A DNA stretch of 64,000 nucleotides from positions 20,372-84,371 of the forward strand of contig NW_025215293.1 in assembly GCF_004010195.1 (NCBI RefSeq). The letters run 5' to 3'. Source of the DNA: Chiloscyllium plagiosum (Eukaryota). Made by a program: the position numbers and the translations under genes. A model generated the notes under the pieces. It was not told where the DNA came from and did no database searches. It saw nothing but the letters and a program-made list of their open reading frames with translations. Shown here one piece after another: positions 50,290-62,017 of this stretch (position 1 is the stretch's first letter; each line of letters begins with the position of its first letter).

Positions 50290-51180
50290 TTTGTGGAATA
50301 TGGGTGTTGCTGGCTGGGCCCTGCGTTTCTTGCCCATCCCTAATTGCCCCCTTGAGAGTGGGGGGGGGGGGGGGGGGGTGAGCTGCCTTCTTGATCAGCT
50401 GCAATCTCCCTGCTGTGAGTTGAGACACAATGCCGTTAGGGAGGGGAATTCCAGGATTTTGACCCAGCGACGGCAAAGGAACGGCCAATGTGTTTCCAAG
50501 TCAGGACGGGGAGTGGCTTGGAGGGGAATTTAAACGGGGTGGTGTTCCCATTTCTGTGCTGCCCTTGTCCTTCTAGATGGAAGTGGTCGTGGGTTTGGAA
50601 GGTGCTGACTTAGGATATTCGGTGAATTTCTGCAGTGCATCTTGTAGATAGTACACACTGCTGCTACTGAGCGTTGGTGGGGGAGGGAGAGGATGTTTGT
50701 GGATGTGGTGTCAATCAAGCGGCTGCTTTGTCCTGGATGGTGTCTTGAACGTCGTTGGAGCTGCCCCCATCCAGGCAAGTGGGGAGTATTCCATCCCACT
50801 TCTGACTTGTGTCTTGTAGATGATGGACAGGCTTTGGGGAGTCAGGAGGTGAGTTACTTGTTGCAATATTCCTAGCCTCTGACCTGCTGTTGTAGCCAAT
50901 GCATTTATGTGGTGAGTCCAATTAAGTTTCCGCTAACTCAATGATAACCCTCAGGATGTTGATGACGACGGATTCGTGATGGTAACACCATTGAATGCCA
51001 GGAGGTGTTGGTTGGATCGTCTCCTACTGGTGATGGTCAGAGTCTGGCATTTGTGCATTGTGAGTGTTACTTGCCACTTGTCAGCCCAAGCCTGGATATT
51101 GTCCAGATCTTGCTGCATTTGGACTGCTTCACTATCTGAGGAGTCATGAATGGTGCTGAACAATGTGCAATCTTAATGTT
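50290..51180 (-). mobile_element. L2/CR1-group LINE 3' fragment (probable partner of the DeuSINE)
   Basis: QQDLDNIQAWADKWQVT, QSLSIIYKTQVRSGMEYSPLAWMGAAPT; 3' end GGGCAATTAGGGATGGGC shared with the DeuSINE tails. Confidence 0.8.
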
Positions 51181-51879
51181 GGGACAGACTTCATAACCAG
51201 CCTCGTGTAATAGGCTGATAAAAATTAGGAAGCGTGTCAGCAGAGAAATGTCAGATAATGTTTGTGGCTGTGGGTTCAATGGTTTCTTACTCAGGACCCA
51301 AGGGAGAGCTCAGCTCAGTGACGATGCAAGGAACATCCTGAAGTTTTCTATGATTCAGAGCTCAGCAGATATAGACTCACAGAGTCATACACCACAGAAG
51401 AGACCATTTGGCCCAACAGAATGGTGGCAACCTATCTAGGGCGACAGGGTGGCCCAGTGGTTAGCACTGCGCCAGAGACCCAGGTTCAATTCCCCCTCGG
51501 GCAACTGTCTGTGTGGACATTCTCCCTGTGTCTGCTTGGGTTTTTCTCTGGGCGCTCCAGTTTCCTTCCACAGTCCAGAGTGTTTAGCTTAGAGTGGATT
51601 AGCCATGCTATAGTGTCCAGGCATGTACAGGCTTGAAGGGAGGAGACAGAGGGTTTGGAAGAGAGCAGTCTTTCCAACTGGAAGCCTGTGACCTGTGGTG
51701 TGCTGCAAGGGTCGGTGCTGGGTCCAATGCTTTTTGTCATTTATATAAATGATTTGGATGTGAATATCAGAGGAATGGTTAGGGAGTTTGCAGAAGAGAC
51801 CAAAATTGGTGGTGTGTAGTAGACAGCAAAGAAGGGACCTTGCCTAGATGGGCCAGTGGGCCAAGAAATGGCAGATGTC

Positions 51880-52507
51880 ATCAAGTCGAGTGAAACCTTT
51901 TGGTCAGTGACCATGGGGCGGATATATCCAACTGGCGACCTCTCCCTGGTTTCCATGTGATCAATCCTTGCCAATCAGTCTACCATGCAGAAGCTCTTGA
52001 AAGGTTTTCGTATCTGGTGCCTCGGGGAAATTTGGTCTCTTAATAACCACAAAAGCGGTGGGTCCACACGCTGTGAGAATTCCTTGTTGCTTTTCGTCCG
52101 CCATTTGCCTGGGAAAAGTAACACGTTCTGTCCTCATGCCGGACCCAGGCCTCAACGGCAGGATCAAACGAGACAAGTTTCCCAAATTACGGCATGACGA
52201 GGAAATACTTTTCCCAGCTCAAAGACGACTGGTGCGAGCGAGTTTCTTGAGGAGCTGAGTTTTTTTACTCTCGTCGCCACTGAAATAACTCCACAGTGGC
52301 TGGTATCCTGTCACCAAGTCACCCTTTATTTCCACGTGCATAGTCCTTGACAGTGACCCAGCACCCTCAGAGCAGGATCTCAGAGTGAGCAGAAACTCTG
52401 ACCCTCCTGCCTGTATCTGTCAGCCAGGGCTCCCTGATCAGACCCGGTTAACAGCCCCAATCAGGGAACTCCTATTCTATGAGGTCCACCTGGGTGACCC
52501 CATTACA
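51880..52507 (-). mobile_element. Gypsy LTR retrotransposon remnant: LTR (52281-52507), PBS (52270-52279), decayed gag start (ATG 52195)
   Basis: Minus LTR TGTAAT...ATTTCA with internal AATAAA, followed by TGGCGACGAG PBS; gag-like MP*FGKLVSFDPAVEAW...LTACGPTAF...PEAPDTKTFQEL. Confidence 0.8.
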
Positions 52508-53189
52508 CTCGCTGGGCCCCGCGTATTGTGCTGTACCAGCCCCTAGACGGGTCCTGAAGGGTACAGTGTCACTTGAAGCAGTGTTAGGTTTCAATGTTTG
52601 TGAATGTTTGTGATCCCAATGCAGGAAATAATCTGATCATTTCTCAAGTTAGTTCAGGCACACAGTTTCGATATGACCGTTTCGTCAATCTGATAAAGGA
52701 AGTGTACAACCACGACAATTGAGGATGGTTCATTGATACCCAATGGCATTAAAGGTAAAGCTGCCACAGTCCCAGCGGTCTATAGGACTGCTCTCTCATT
52801 GCAGTGCTGTTAGGGAGTTCTTCCTGCAGTCTTCCTTCTCCCCTTTTGATCTACCTTCCATCTGGAGAAGGCAGCTCCCCGACAATGTCTGTTATCAACA
52901 AGGACCCACCTTACACAACAGCCCTCTGGCCCTGCACTCGTCAATATACCCGATTCCCAGAGGCAGGGAGCTTACACCGTGTCACTGAACTGCCTGAACC
53001 CTATTGGCCAATGACCAAGGGGGCAACATGGCCTGGCTGTAATCTCCTCGCCTTCCTCCATTTAACGGTTAGCTGTCATCACTGCTCAGACCAAGGCATT
53101 CGATTTTCCCAAACACGGCACTGACAGTAAGGTAATGTGGGCCCAACAGATGGTGGGCGCCAGTTCAATGCAACATCACAATTCATAAG

Positions 53190-55205
53190 AACATTAAACA
53201 TAAGAACCTAAGAACGCAGAGCAGGAGTAGGCCGTCCGGACCTTTGAGCCTGCTCTGCCAGTCAGTAAGATCATGGCTGATCTTTTCATGGCCTCAGCTC
53301 CACTTACCCGCCCTCTCACCGTATCCCTTAATTCCTTTACTGTTCACAAATTTACCGATCTTAGCTTTAAAAACGTTTACTGAGCAAACCCCAACCACTT
53401 CCCTGGGCGGGGAATTCCACAGATTCACAACCCTCTGGGTGAAGAAATTCCTTCTCAGTTCAGTCCTAAATCTGCTCCCTCTAACCTTGAGGCTCTGCCC
53501 TCTTGTCCCAGTCTCACCTGCCTGTGGAAACATCCTCTCTACTTCTATCTTATCTATTCCCTTCATAAAATTACATGTTTTCTATAAAATCCCCCTCATT
53601 CTTCTGAATTCCAGTCTCTCCTCATAAGCCAACCCCCTCAACCCCATGAACCTCCTCTGCACCCCCTCCAGTGCCAGTACACCCTTTCTCAGGTAAGGAG
53701 ACCCCAACTGCACACAGTACTCCAGGTGTGGCCTCACCAGCACCTGGTACAGCTGCAACATAACCTCCCTATTTTTAAACTCAATCCCTTTAGTGGGCGG
53801 CACGGTGGCACAGTGGTTAGCACTGCTGCTTCACAGCGCCAGCGACCCGGGTTCAATTCCCGCCTCAGGCGACTGACTGTGTGGAGTTTGCACGTTCTCC
53901 CCGTGTCTGTGCGGGTTTCCTCCGGGTGCTCCGGTTTCCTCCCACAGTCCAAAAATGTGCAGGTTAGGTGAATTGGCCATGCTAAATTGCCCGTAGTGTT
54001 AGGTAAGGGGTAAATGTAGGGGTATGGGTGGGTTTCGCTTCGGCGGGTCGGTGTGGACTTGTTGGGCCGAAGGGCCTGTTTCCACACTGTAATGTAATCT
54101 AATCTAATCAATGACCTTTTACCTTCCCAATTACCTGTTGCAACATTCTGTGATTCATGCACAAGGACCCTCTGCACAGCTGCATGCTACAACTTTTTGC
54201 CATTCAAGTAATAATTCTTTTTACTGTTATTCCTACCAAAATGGATGACATCACATTGATTAACATTGTATTCCATCTGCCAGACCTTTGACAACTCACT
54301 CAATGTACCTATGTTCCTCTGCAAAGTTTCACAATCCTCTGCACACTTTGCTCTGCCTCTCATCTGAGTGTTATCTGCAAACTTTGACACACTACACTTG
54401 GTACCCAACTCTAAACCATCTCCGTAAATTATGAACAATTGCGGTCCCAACACCAATCCCTGAGGCACACCACTAGTTACTGATTGCCAACCAGAAATGC
54501 ATTCATTTATTCCCACTCTTTGCTTCCTGTTAGTCAACCAATCTTCTAACCATGCTAATACTTTACCCATAATGCCATGCATCCTTATCTTATGCAGCAG
54601 CCATTTGTGTGGCACCTTGTCAAAGGCCTTTTGAAATCTAGGTACACCACATCCACTGGGTCCCCATTGTTCAGCGTGTTCAAAATGTCTCCATAGAATT
54701 CCAAAAGGTTTGTCAAGCATGGCCTGCCTCTCCTGAACGCAAAGGGACAATTTCTATCTAGTTACGCTGCTATTTCTTCCTTGATAATAGACTCAAACAT
54801 CTTCCCTACTATAGAGGTTAAGCTCACTGCTCTATAATTTCCTATTGTTTGTCTACCTTCCTTTTAAACAGTGGCATCACAGTTTCCATTTTCCAACATG
54901 CTGGGACTCCCCCAGAGTCCAGTGAATTTGGAAAATTTCCACAAGGACACTTGCTATTTCTCCCGTCATCTCTTTTAGTACCGTGGGATGCATTCCGTCG
55001 GGGCCAGGAGACTTGTCTATCCTTAGCTCCAGTAACTTGTTCAACGTGACCTCATCGGTAGTAACAATTGCTTCCAGGTCCTCACCTACCTTTGTCTTTG
55101 TGTCAGTTACTGGCATGTTATTCCTGTCCTCCACTGTGAAGACTGATATAAAATATCGATACAAAATATTCAATGCTTCAGCCATTTCATCATATCCCAT
55201 GACCG
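53190..55205 (-). mobile_element. Decayed CR1 ORF2 with a nested young HE1 SINE (53795-54108, +)
   Basis: DKSPGPDGMHPTVLKE, FQKAFDKVPH, GVPQGLVLGP, SKFADNT, LYQVLVRPHLEYCVQ. Confidence 0.92.
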
Positions 55206-55214
55206 AAATTCCCT

Positions 55215-55705
55215 TCTCATGTCATTTACAAAAATATCTTGCAAGAACTACAACAAACACTACATTGGACAAACAGGCAGAAAATTAGCCACCTGCATAC
55301 ATGAACATCGACTAGCCACAAAAAGACATGACCCATTCTCACTAATATCTTTACGTACAGATGAGGAAGGACACCACTTTGACTGGGACAATGCACTCAT
55401 ACAAGCCAAACGGAGATACACATTAGAATTCCTAGAAGCATGGCATTCCAACCGGAACTCTATCAACAACACATTGACTTGGATCCCATTTTCGCCCCCT
55501 GAGAAAAAGAATGGGAAATGACATCACTACAGGAAATGATGTCACCATGGGAATTGGCATGATCAACCCAAGGAAATCTAAATAGAAAGTGGGCCGTGCC
55601 AGCAGTGCTTCATCCAGAGGCTCACTGATGGTGTTACCTAGTATGGTGATGAAACGTCTGAAAACGAACCTTCCAGCTCAGTGAACAAACCTACATCCAG
55701 AACTC
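55215..55705 (+). mobile_element. Penelope-like element 3' end (GIY-YIG plus family C hammerhead-like motif at ~55625-55660)
   Basis: KISCKNYNKHYIGQTGRKLATCIHEH...HHFDWDNA...LEFLEAWHS; TCA-CTGATGG-TGTTACC..GGTGAT-GAAACGTC-TGA. Confidence 0.88.
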
Positions 55706-56609
55706 TTTCTCATCCAGCGTTTACTTTGGCCACTCTTTTCCATGTTATATATTTATTTATATTGATATATTTATTCTTATGGCCTTTCTAGGTGTCTTTC
55801 TTCATGAGGTATTTGGAGAGCTGCCCTCTGTTGTAGCTGAGATCTCATGCTGCACAGAAAATGCAAGGAAAACCCACCCCAATTTTCCACCCCAGGCACG
55901 CGCTGGACTGGAATCTGTGCGTTTATCGAGGAAATCACCTCCTCAGGCACCTTTGAAATGTATTACAATCGAAGCCGACAGTGAAGTGGGCAACTTGGCA
56001 TGATGCCCGATTCTCAATCTGTGGGGTAAAGGTGCCACGTTCAGGGCACTGCCATTTCAGTGAAACACTCACAACCTTTACCTGGAAAGTTACAAAACGA
56101 AAGAAGGTGCCATAGTTACTGGGTGTGATCCGTAATTTCTGCAGGAAACTGATCCTTTTCCTCTCATTGTCCCAGTGTGGCCGTGCGGGGACACAAAGAG
56201 GAACAGAGAGGCTCTTTCAGCATTGATGGAGGTTTTCCTTCTAATACCTGTTTGGATTCGCCAACGTCTCTGTTCAAATGCCAGTGGAGACCATTGGATA
56301 TGAAACAGAATTAGGCCATTCAACCCATCAGGTCTGCGTCCCCATTCAATAAGGTTATGGCTCAGTGATGAAAGAAAGCTGCCGACGCTGAGGTGATTAA
56401 CAAACGGCAAATAATGGGACATTGCAAAGCAGTGGCTCTTTATTGAGCAAAGATCTCAACAAGGGCTCATTCCCCCATGGAGAGCTCATTTGAACCTTAT
56501 GCTGAGAGGTGGGCTGTGTTGAAGGGCTGGTGTTGCTGGGGGAGTATATGCCAGACCCAGAGCTATGGAGAGCTAATACCTGTCCTTGGCAATAATAATG
56601 AACATCAGT

Positions 56610-57140
56610 AGTGAGAGGGTTCAGAAAGGATTTACAAGGATGTTGCCAGGGTTGAAAAATGTGTTGCTGGAAAAGCGCAGCAGGTCAGGCAGCATCAAAG
56701 GAGCAGGAGAATCGACATTTCGGATTCCTGAAGAAGGGCTTATGCCCGAAACATCGATTTTCCTGCTCCTTTGATGCTGCCTGATCTACTGCGCTTTTCG
56801 AGCAACACATTTTTCAGCTCTGATCTCCAGCATTTGCAGTCCTCACTTTCTCCCTGTTGCCAGGGTTGGAGGATTTGAACTAAAGGGAGAGGTTAAATAG
56901 TCGAGGGATATTTTCCCTGGAGCACCGAAGGCTGAGAGGCGACCTTATAGAGGTTTATAAAATCATGAGGGGCATGGATAGGATAAATAGACAAAGTTTT
57001 TTCCCTGAAGTGGGGGAGTCCAGAGCGAGAGGGCATAGGCTTAGGGTGAGAGGGGAAAGCTATACAAGAGATATCTGGTTGGCATGGATGAGTTGGACCG
57101 AAGGGTCTGTTTCTGTGCTGTACATCCCTCTGACTCTATA
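56610..57140 (+). mobile_element. CR1 3' fragment interrupted by a palindromic insertion
   Basis: ERVQKGFTRMLPGL | insert | LPGLEDL...RLRGDLIEVYK. Confidence 0.88.
56655..56854. mobile_element. Palindromic Penelope-derived element with central hammerhead (56728-56755, +)
   Basis: ~68-bp inverted arms; CTGAAGA-AGGGC-TTAT-GCCC-GAAACATC; perfect 14-bp duplication TGTTGCCAGGGTTG (56641-54 / 56855-68). Confidence 0.9.
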
Positions 57141-57205
57141 ATAGTGACCACCTGGCCCAGGAATGTAACTCCAGTTAGTACTTCAGATTGGATCAGAGTG
57201 TGAAC

Positions 57206-57381
57206 TGCAAAGGAACTTCGATTATCCGAAGACACAGGCTGGGAATATTTCGTTCGGTTAGTCGAGTTCCAGATAATCGATGCCGGATAACATAGTCAGC
57301 CACGCATTGGAACCTTGCGATCTAGTTTGGATAATCCGAAATTCTGTGAATTGGAAGCCAGATAATCGAGGTTCCTTTGCA
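57206..57381. mobile_element. Tigger/pogo-like MITE
   Basis: ~21-bp TIRs TGCAAAGGAACTTCGATTATC ... GATAATCGAGGTTCCTTTGCA; internal GATAAT motifs. Confidence 0.75.
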
Positions 57382-57445
57382 AAATATAAAAAAATGAGCG
57401 GAACGTGACACAAAAGCACAAAGTATTGTTATGAAACGTGAATTC

Positions 57446-58130
57446 TCATCATCGACATAGTTTGACCATCCATGAAAGGGAATAATTCATTACATTTCTC
57501 AACTCCTCTCTAATCCTCCTCTGGGTTACAGTGTAAATAAAATTATTTGTGCAGCAGCTTAAACGCTGATGCCAATTTCTCAAACGAACGCTGGTACAGA
57601 AACAGAATATTCCAAGTAATCTAGTCGTCTCAATATAGAACAAACCATGAACACCACCCACAGCAGAACAAAGTTCCCCGATATCACAAACAGCAGAACA
57701 AAGGATTTCCTTCGACTGCCCATCTCTGGGTCACTTTGACTCTCAATGTTGCTCCGATACTGAAGTCTCTTGCGTGCTCTGCTGGCCATTAATATGTGCC
57801 TGACCGTCATTGCATTGAGGAGAAGAATTAGAATAAATGGAACGAATGGTGTTAGTATGTAATGGATTAATTCAACGATGGCCCAGACCAGTGAATGGGA
57901 TACTCTGAGAGCCACACGGCAAAACCAAGAACTGTTTGAAAGCCAATATTCACGTGTGTATGGAAAATACCAGAAAATGTTTTTCACAAAGCACAACCCT
58001 GTCACTGTTCCTATGACCACAGTTGCTGTCTTTTCAGTGCAATATTTAGATTTCAGCTCCTGGCAAGAAATGACCACAAATCGATCAAAGGTGAAAGTTA
58101 CAGTGAACCAGACAGAACTGTCTGGCTGCA
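57446..58130 (-). pseudogene. GPR139/GPR142-like GPCR pseudogene fragment (TM3-TM7)
   Basis: SVWFTVTFTFDRFVVISC..KYCTEKTA..LTPFVPFILILLLNAMTVRHI..RRKSFVLLFVISGNFVLLW; stop at 57580-82, then a frameshift before LSCCTNNFIYTVTQ; 5' half replaced by CR1. Confidence 0.85.
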
Positions 58131-58507
58131 CAAGGGAATTGCAGGGTGGTTTTTTGGAGCAGTTTGTGATGGAGCCCACAAGGGAGCAGGCTATTCTGGT
58201 CTTAGTGCTATGTAATGAGCCAGACTTTATGAAAGATCTTAAAGTAAGGGAACACTTAGGAGGCAGTGAACATAATATGTAGCGTTCAGTCTGTAGTTTG
58301 AAAGAGAGAAGGCAAAATCAGATGTAATGGTTAAATAAAAATAGTTACAGAGGCATGAGAGAGGAACTGATGAAAGAGCCTAGTGGGGAAGACAGTAGAG
58401 CAACAATGGCAGGGGTTTCTGGGTGTAAATGAGGACACAGGACAGAGGTTCATCCCAAGGAAAAGAAAGATTATCCAGGGAGGGGTTAGACAGCCATGGC
58501 TGACAAA

Positions 58508-58710
58508 ATTAAAAATCACACAACAGCAGGTTATAGTCCAACAGGTTTAATTGGAAGCACTAGCTTTCGGAGCGTCACTCTTTCACTATCACCTGATGAA
58601 GGAGCGTTGCTCCGAAAGCTAGTGCTTCCAATTAAACCTGTTGGACTATAACCTGGTGTTGTGGGATTTTTAACTTTGTACACCCCAGTCCAACACTGGC
58701 ATCTCCAAAT
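58508..58710. mobile_element. Palindromic Penelope-type element (family B) with central hammerhead
   Basis: ~65-bp inverted arms; 13-bp duplication CATGGCTGACAAA (58495-507 / 58711-723). Confidence 0.9.
58590..58624 (+). ncRNA. Minimal type I hammerhead ribozyme (family B)
   Basis: CAC-CTGATGA-A-GGAGC-GTT-GCTCC-GAAA-G-CTA-GTG; stem I CAC/GTG; AGCT palindromic stem III; predicted cleavage after 58621. Confidence 0.78.
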
Positions 58711-61700
58711 CATGGCTGACAAAGGAAGTCAGGAAACATATCAAAGAAAAAGAGAGAGTCTATAAAGAGCACTGGGAAATCATAAGATTGGGAAGGCTAC
58801 AAAAACAAAGAGAGAAATAAGGATGGAGAGGATCAGATATGAAGGTAGGCGAGCCAGTAATATTAGAAATGATAGTAAAAGTTTCTTTCAATACATAGGA
58901 AACAAACGAGAGGCAAAAGTAGACATTGGGCCGCTCCAAGTTGATGCTGGAAGGCTAGTGATGGGAGATAAGGAAATAGCTGGAGAACTTAAATACTTTG
59001 TGTCAATCGTCACAGTGGGAGACAGGAGTAATATCCCAACAATTAAGGAGAGTCAGGGGGGAAAGTTGAGTGTGGTAACCATTACAAAAGAGAAAGTGTT
59101 AGAAAAGCTAAAAGGTCTAAAGATTGATAGATCCTAGACTCCTGACGGAGGTGGCTGAGGAAATAGCGGAGGTGTTGGTTGTGAACTTTCAAAAATCACT
59201 GGAGTCAGGGAAAGTCCCAGATGATTGGAAAATCACTGTTGTAACCCCTTTGTTCAAGAAAGGATCAAGACAAAAGGTGGAAAATTATAGGCCAATTAGC
59301 CTAACCTCAGTTGTTGGTAAAATTCTAGAATCCATCGTTAAGGATGAGATTTCTAAATTCTTGGAAGTACAGGTTCAGATTAGAACAAGTCAGCATGGAT
59401 TTAGTAAAGGGAGGTCATGCCTGACAAACCTGTTAGAATTCTTTGAAGAGGTGACAAGTAGGTTTGACCAGGGAAACCCAGTGGATGTGGTCTATCTAGA
59501 CTTCCAAAAGGCCTTTGATAAGGTGCCTCACAGGAGGCTGCTGAGTAAGGTGAGGGCCCATGGTGTTCGAGGTGAGCTACTGGCATGGATTGGGTATTGG
59601 CTGTCTGACAGAAGGCAGAGAGTTGGGATAAAAGGTTCTATTTCAGAATGGCAGCCAGTGACAAGCGTATCCCGCAGGGTTCAGTGTTGGGGCCGTAGCT
59701 GTTCACTTTATATATTAATGATCTGGATGAAGGGACTGGGGGCATTCTGGCGAAGTGCTCCAATGATACGAAGTTAGGTGGACAGGCAGGTAGTACTGAG
59801 GAGGTGGGGAGGCTGCAGAAAGATTTAGACAGTTTAGGAGAGTGGTCCAGGACATGGCTGATGAAATTTGACATGAGCAAATGTGAGGCCTTGCACTTTG
59901 GAAAAAGGAATACAGGCATGGACTATTTTGTAAACGGTGAGAAAATTCATAAAGCCAAAGTACAAAGGGATCTGGGAGCGCTAGTCCAGGATTCCAGGAT
60001 TCTCTAAAGGTTAACTTGCAGGTTGAGTCCGTGATTAAGAAAGCGAATGTAATGTTATCATTTATCTCAAGTGGGTTGGAGTGTAAAAGCAGCGATGTGC
60101 TCCTGAGACTTTGTAAAGCTCTATTTAGGCCCCATTTGGAATACTGTGTTCAGTTTTGGGCCCCACACCTCAGGAAGGACATACTGGCACTGGAGCATGT
60201 CCAGCGGAGATTCACACGGATGATCCCTGGAATGGGAGGTCCAACATACGAGGTACGGCTGAGGATCCTCGGATTGTATTTGCTAAGAGTTGAGAAGGTT
60301 GAGGGGAGATCTAATAGAAACTTACAAGATAATGCCTGGCCTAGAAAGGGTGGACACTTGGAATTTCCGTTAGGCGGAGAGACTAGGACCCGTGGGCACA
60401 GCCTTAGAATTAGAGGGGGTCAGTTTAGAACGGAAATGAGGAGACATTTCTTCAGCCAGAGAGTGGTGGGCCAGTGGAATTCATTGCCGCGGAGTGCAGT
60501 GGAGGCCAGGATGTTAAATGTCTTCAAGGCAGAGATTGATGAATTCTTGACCTCGTAAGGAATTAAGGGACACAGGGAGTGTGCGGGGAAGTGGAGTTGA
60601 AATGTCCATCAGCTATGATTAAATGGCGGAGTGAACTCGATGGGCTGAGTGGCCTTACTTCCACTCCTATTTCTTATGGTCTTATCCAGCCTCTACTTAT
60701 CACTCAAACCCTCCAGTCCTGGAAACATCCTTGTAAATACTTTTTCTGCAGCCTTTCTAGTTTAACAATATCCATCCTATAGCAGGGCGACCAGAACTGT
60801 GTGAGTACTCTAAAGTTGGCCTAACCAATGCTCAGTTCAGCCGCAACATGACATCCAAACTCCTATACTCCATGAAAATCCAAAAGAATTGTGGATGCTG
60901 GAAATCAAAAACAAAAACAGAAATTGCTGGGAAAACTCAGCAGGTCTGGCAGCATCTGTGGAGAGAAATCAGAGTTAACGTTTCAGGTCCAGTGACTCTT
61001 CTTCAGAGCTGATGGTAGCCAGGGGAAATGGTGGTTTCTGTCAATAAATAGGGTGGGGGTTCGGGGGTTAGGACTAAACAATAGGTGGAAGCAGAGGCCA
61101 AAGAGAGAGAAAAACAGTTGGACAGACAAAGGAGTGCATAACAGTCAGCCTGGGAGAAGTAATATCTGCTAATGGGAACTATTAGTGGCTAATAATGGGT
61201 TGCGTGTAATAACAGACCATGTGATAACACGGCCTGGCGTGTGGAGGTTGGGGAAAGTGCGGATGAGATGCTCAGACCCTAAAGTTGTTGAATTCGATAT
61301 TGAGATGAGAAGGCTGTTCAGTTCCCAAGCGGAAAATGGGGTGCTGTTCTTCCAGCTTGCACTGAGCTTCACTGGAGCACTGCAGTGAGCGTGAGACAGT
61401 GATGTTGGCCCGGGGACAGGACACTGTGTTAAAGTGGCAGACAACTGGAAGCTCAGTGTCCTTTGTTGGAGGGAACAGACTTTGTTGGAGGGAACAGACT
61501 TTGTGGAAGGCTGCAAGGGAGGGTGTTCGACATCTGTATATCTATTTCTGGAGATAGGCTGGCCACCAACATCCACTACAAACCAACCCACTCCCACAGT
61601 TACCTTGAATATACATCCTCACACCCCGCACCCCGTATTCCACCCTCTCAGTTCCTCTGGCTCCATCGCACCATGAGGCCAGATTTGACAAAAGGGCTCT

Positions 61701-62017
61701 CCGAAACATCCACCTTCTTCCCTCAACCGAGGATTTCTCCACACTAGGACCCTCAGCCGGGTCTTACCCATCTCCCTCACCCCCGTTCTCCCCTCCCACA
61801 ATAATGACGGCGTCCACCTTGTCCTTACCTACCATCCCCCAGCATCCACATCCAATGGATCATCAGCCGTCATTTCCACCACCTCCAGGGAGATACCAGA
61901 CACGTATTCCCCTCCCCTCCCTCGTCAGCCTTCCACAGGGACCGTTCCCACTCCTCCTTCACTCCCAACACCGCACCCCTCCAGCCCCAAAGTACCTTCT
62001 CTGCAACCACAGAAGGT

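Larger units (their letters stand above)
58141..60682 (+). mobile_element. Long decayed CR1 ORF2 (end of endonuclease, RT, 3' UTR)
   Basis: VPDDWKIT..PLFKKG..NYRPISLTSVVGKILE..QHGFSKGRSCLTNL..LDFQKAFDKVPH; frameshifts; FADD degenerated. Confidence 0.95.

Noticed and set aside
2349..50378. Poly-C/poly-G runs (about 2351, 21259, 43876, 50359) as G-quadruplex regulatory elements
   Set aside because: All lie inside LINE remnants and are best explained by homopolymer slippage.
55935..56110. Minus-strand polypyrimidine tract plus AG at 56082-56083 as an exon start
   Set aside because: The short translation resembles nothing and has no convincing partner exon; such signals occur by chance.
59124..60558. 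217-aa and 180-aa RT ORFs as an active LINE
   Set aside because: Frameshifts, degenerate FADD motif, 5' truncation and a nested insertion.
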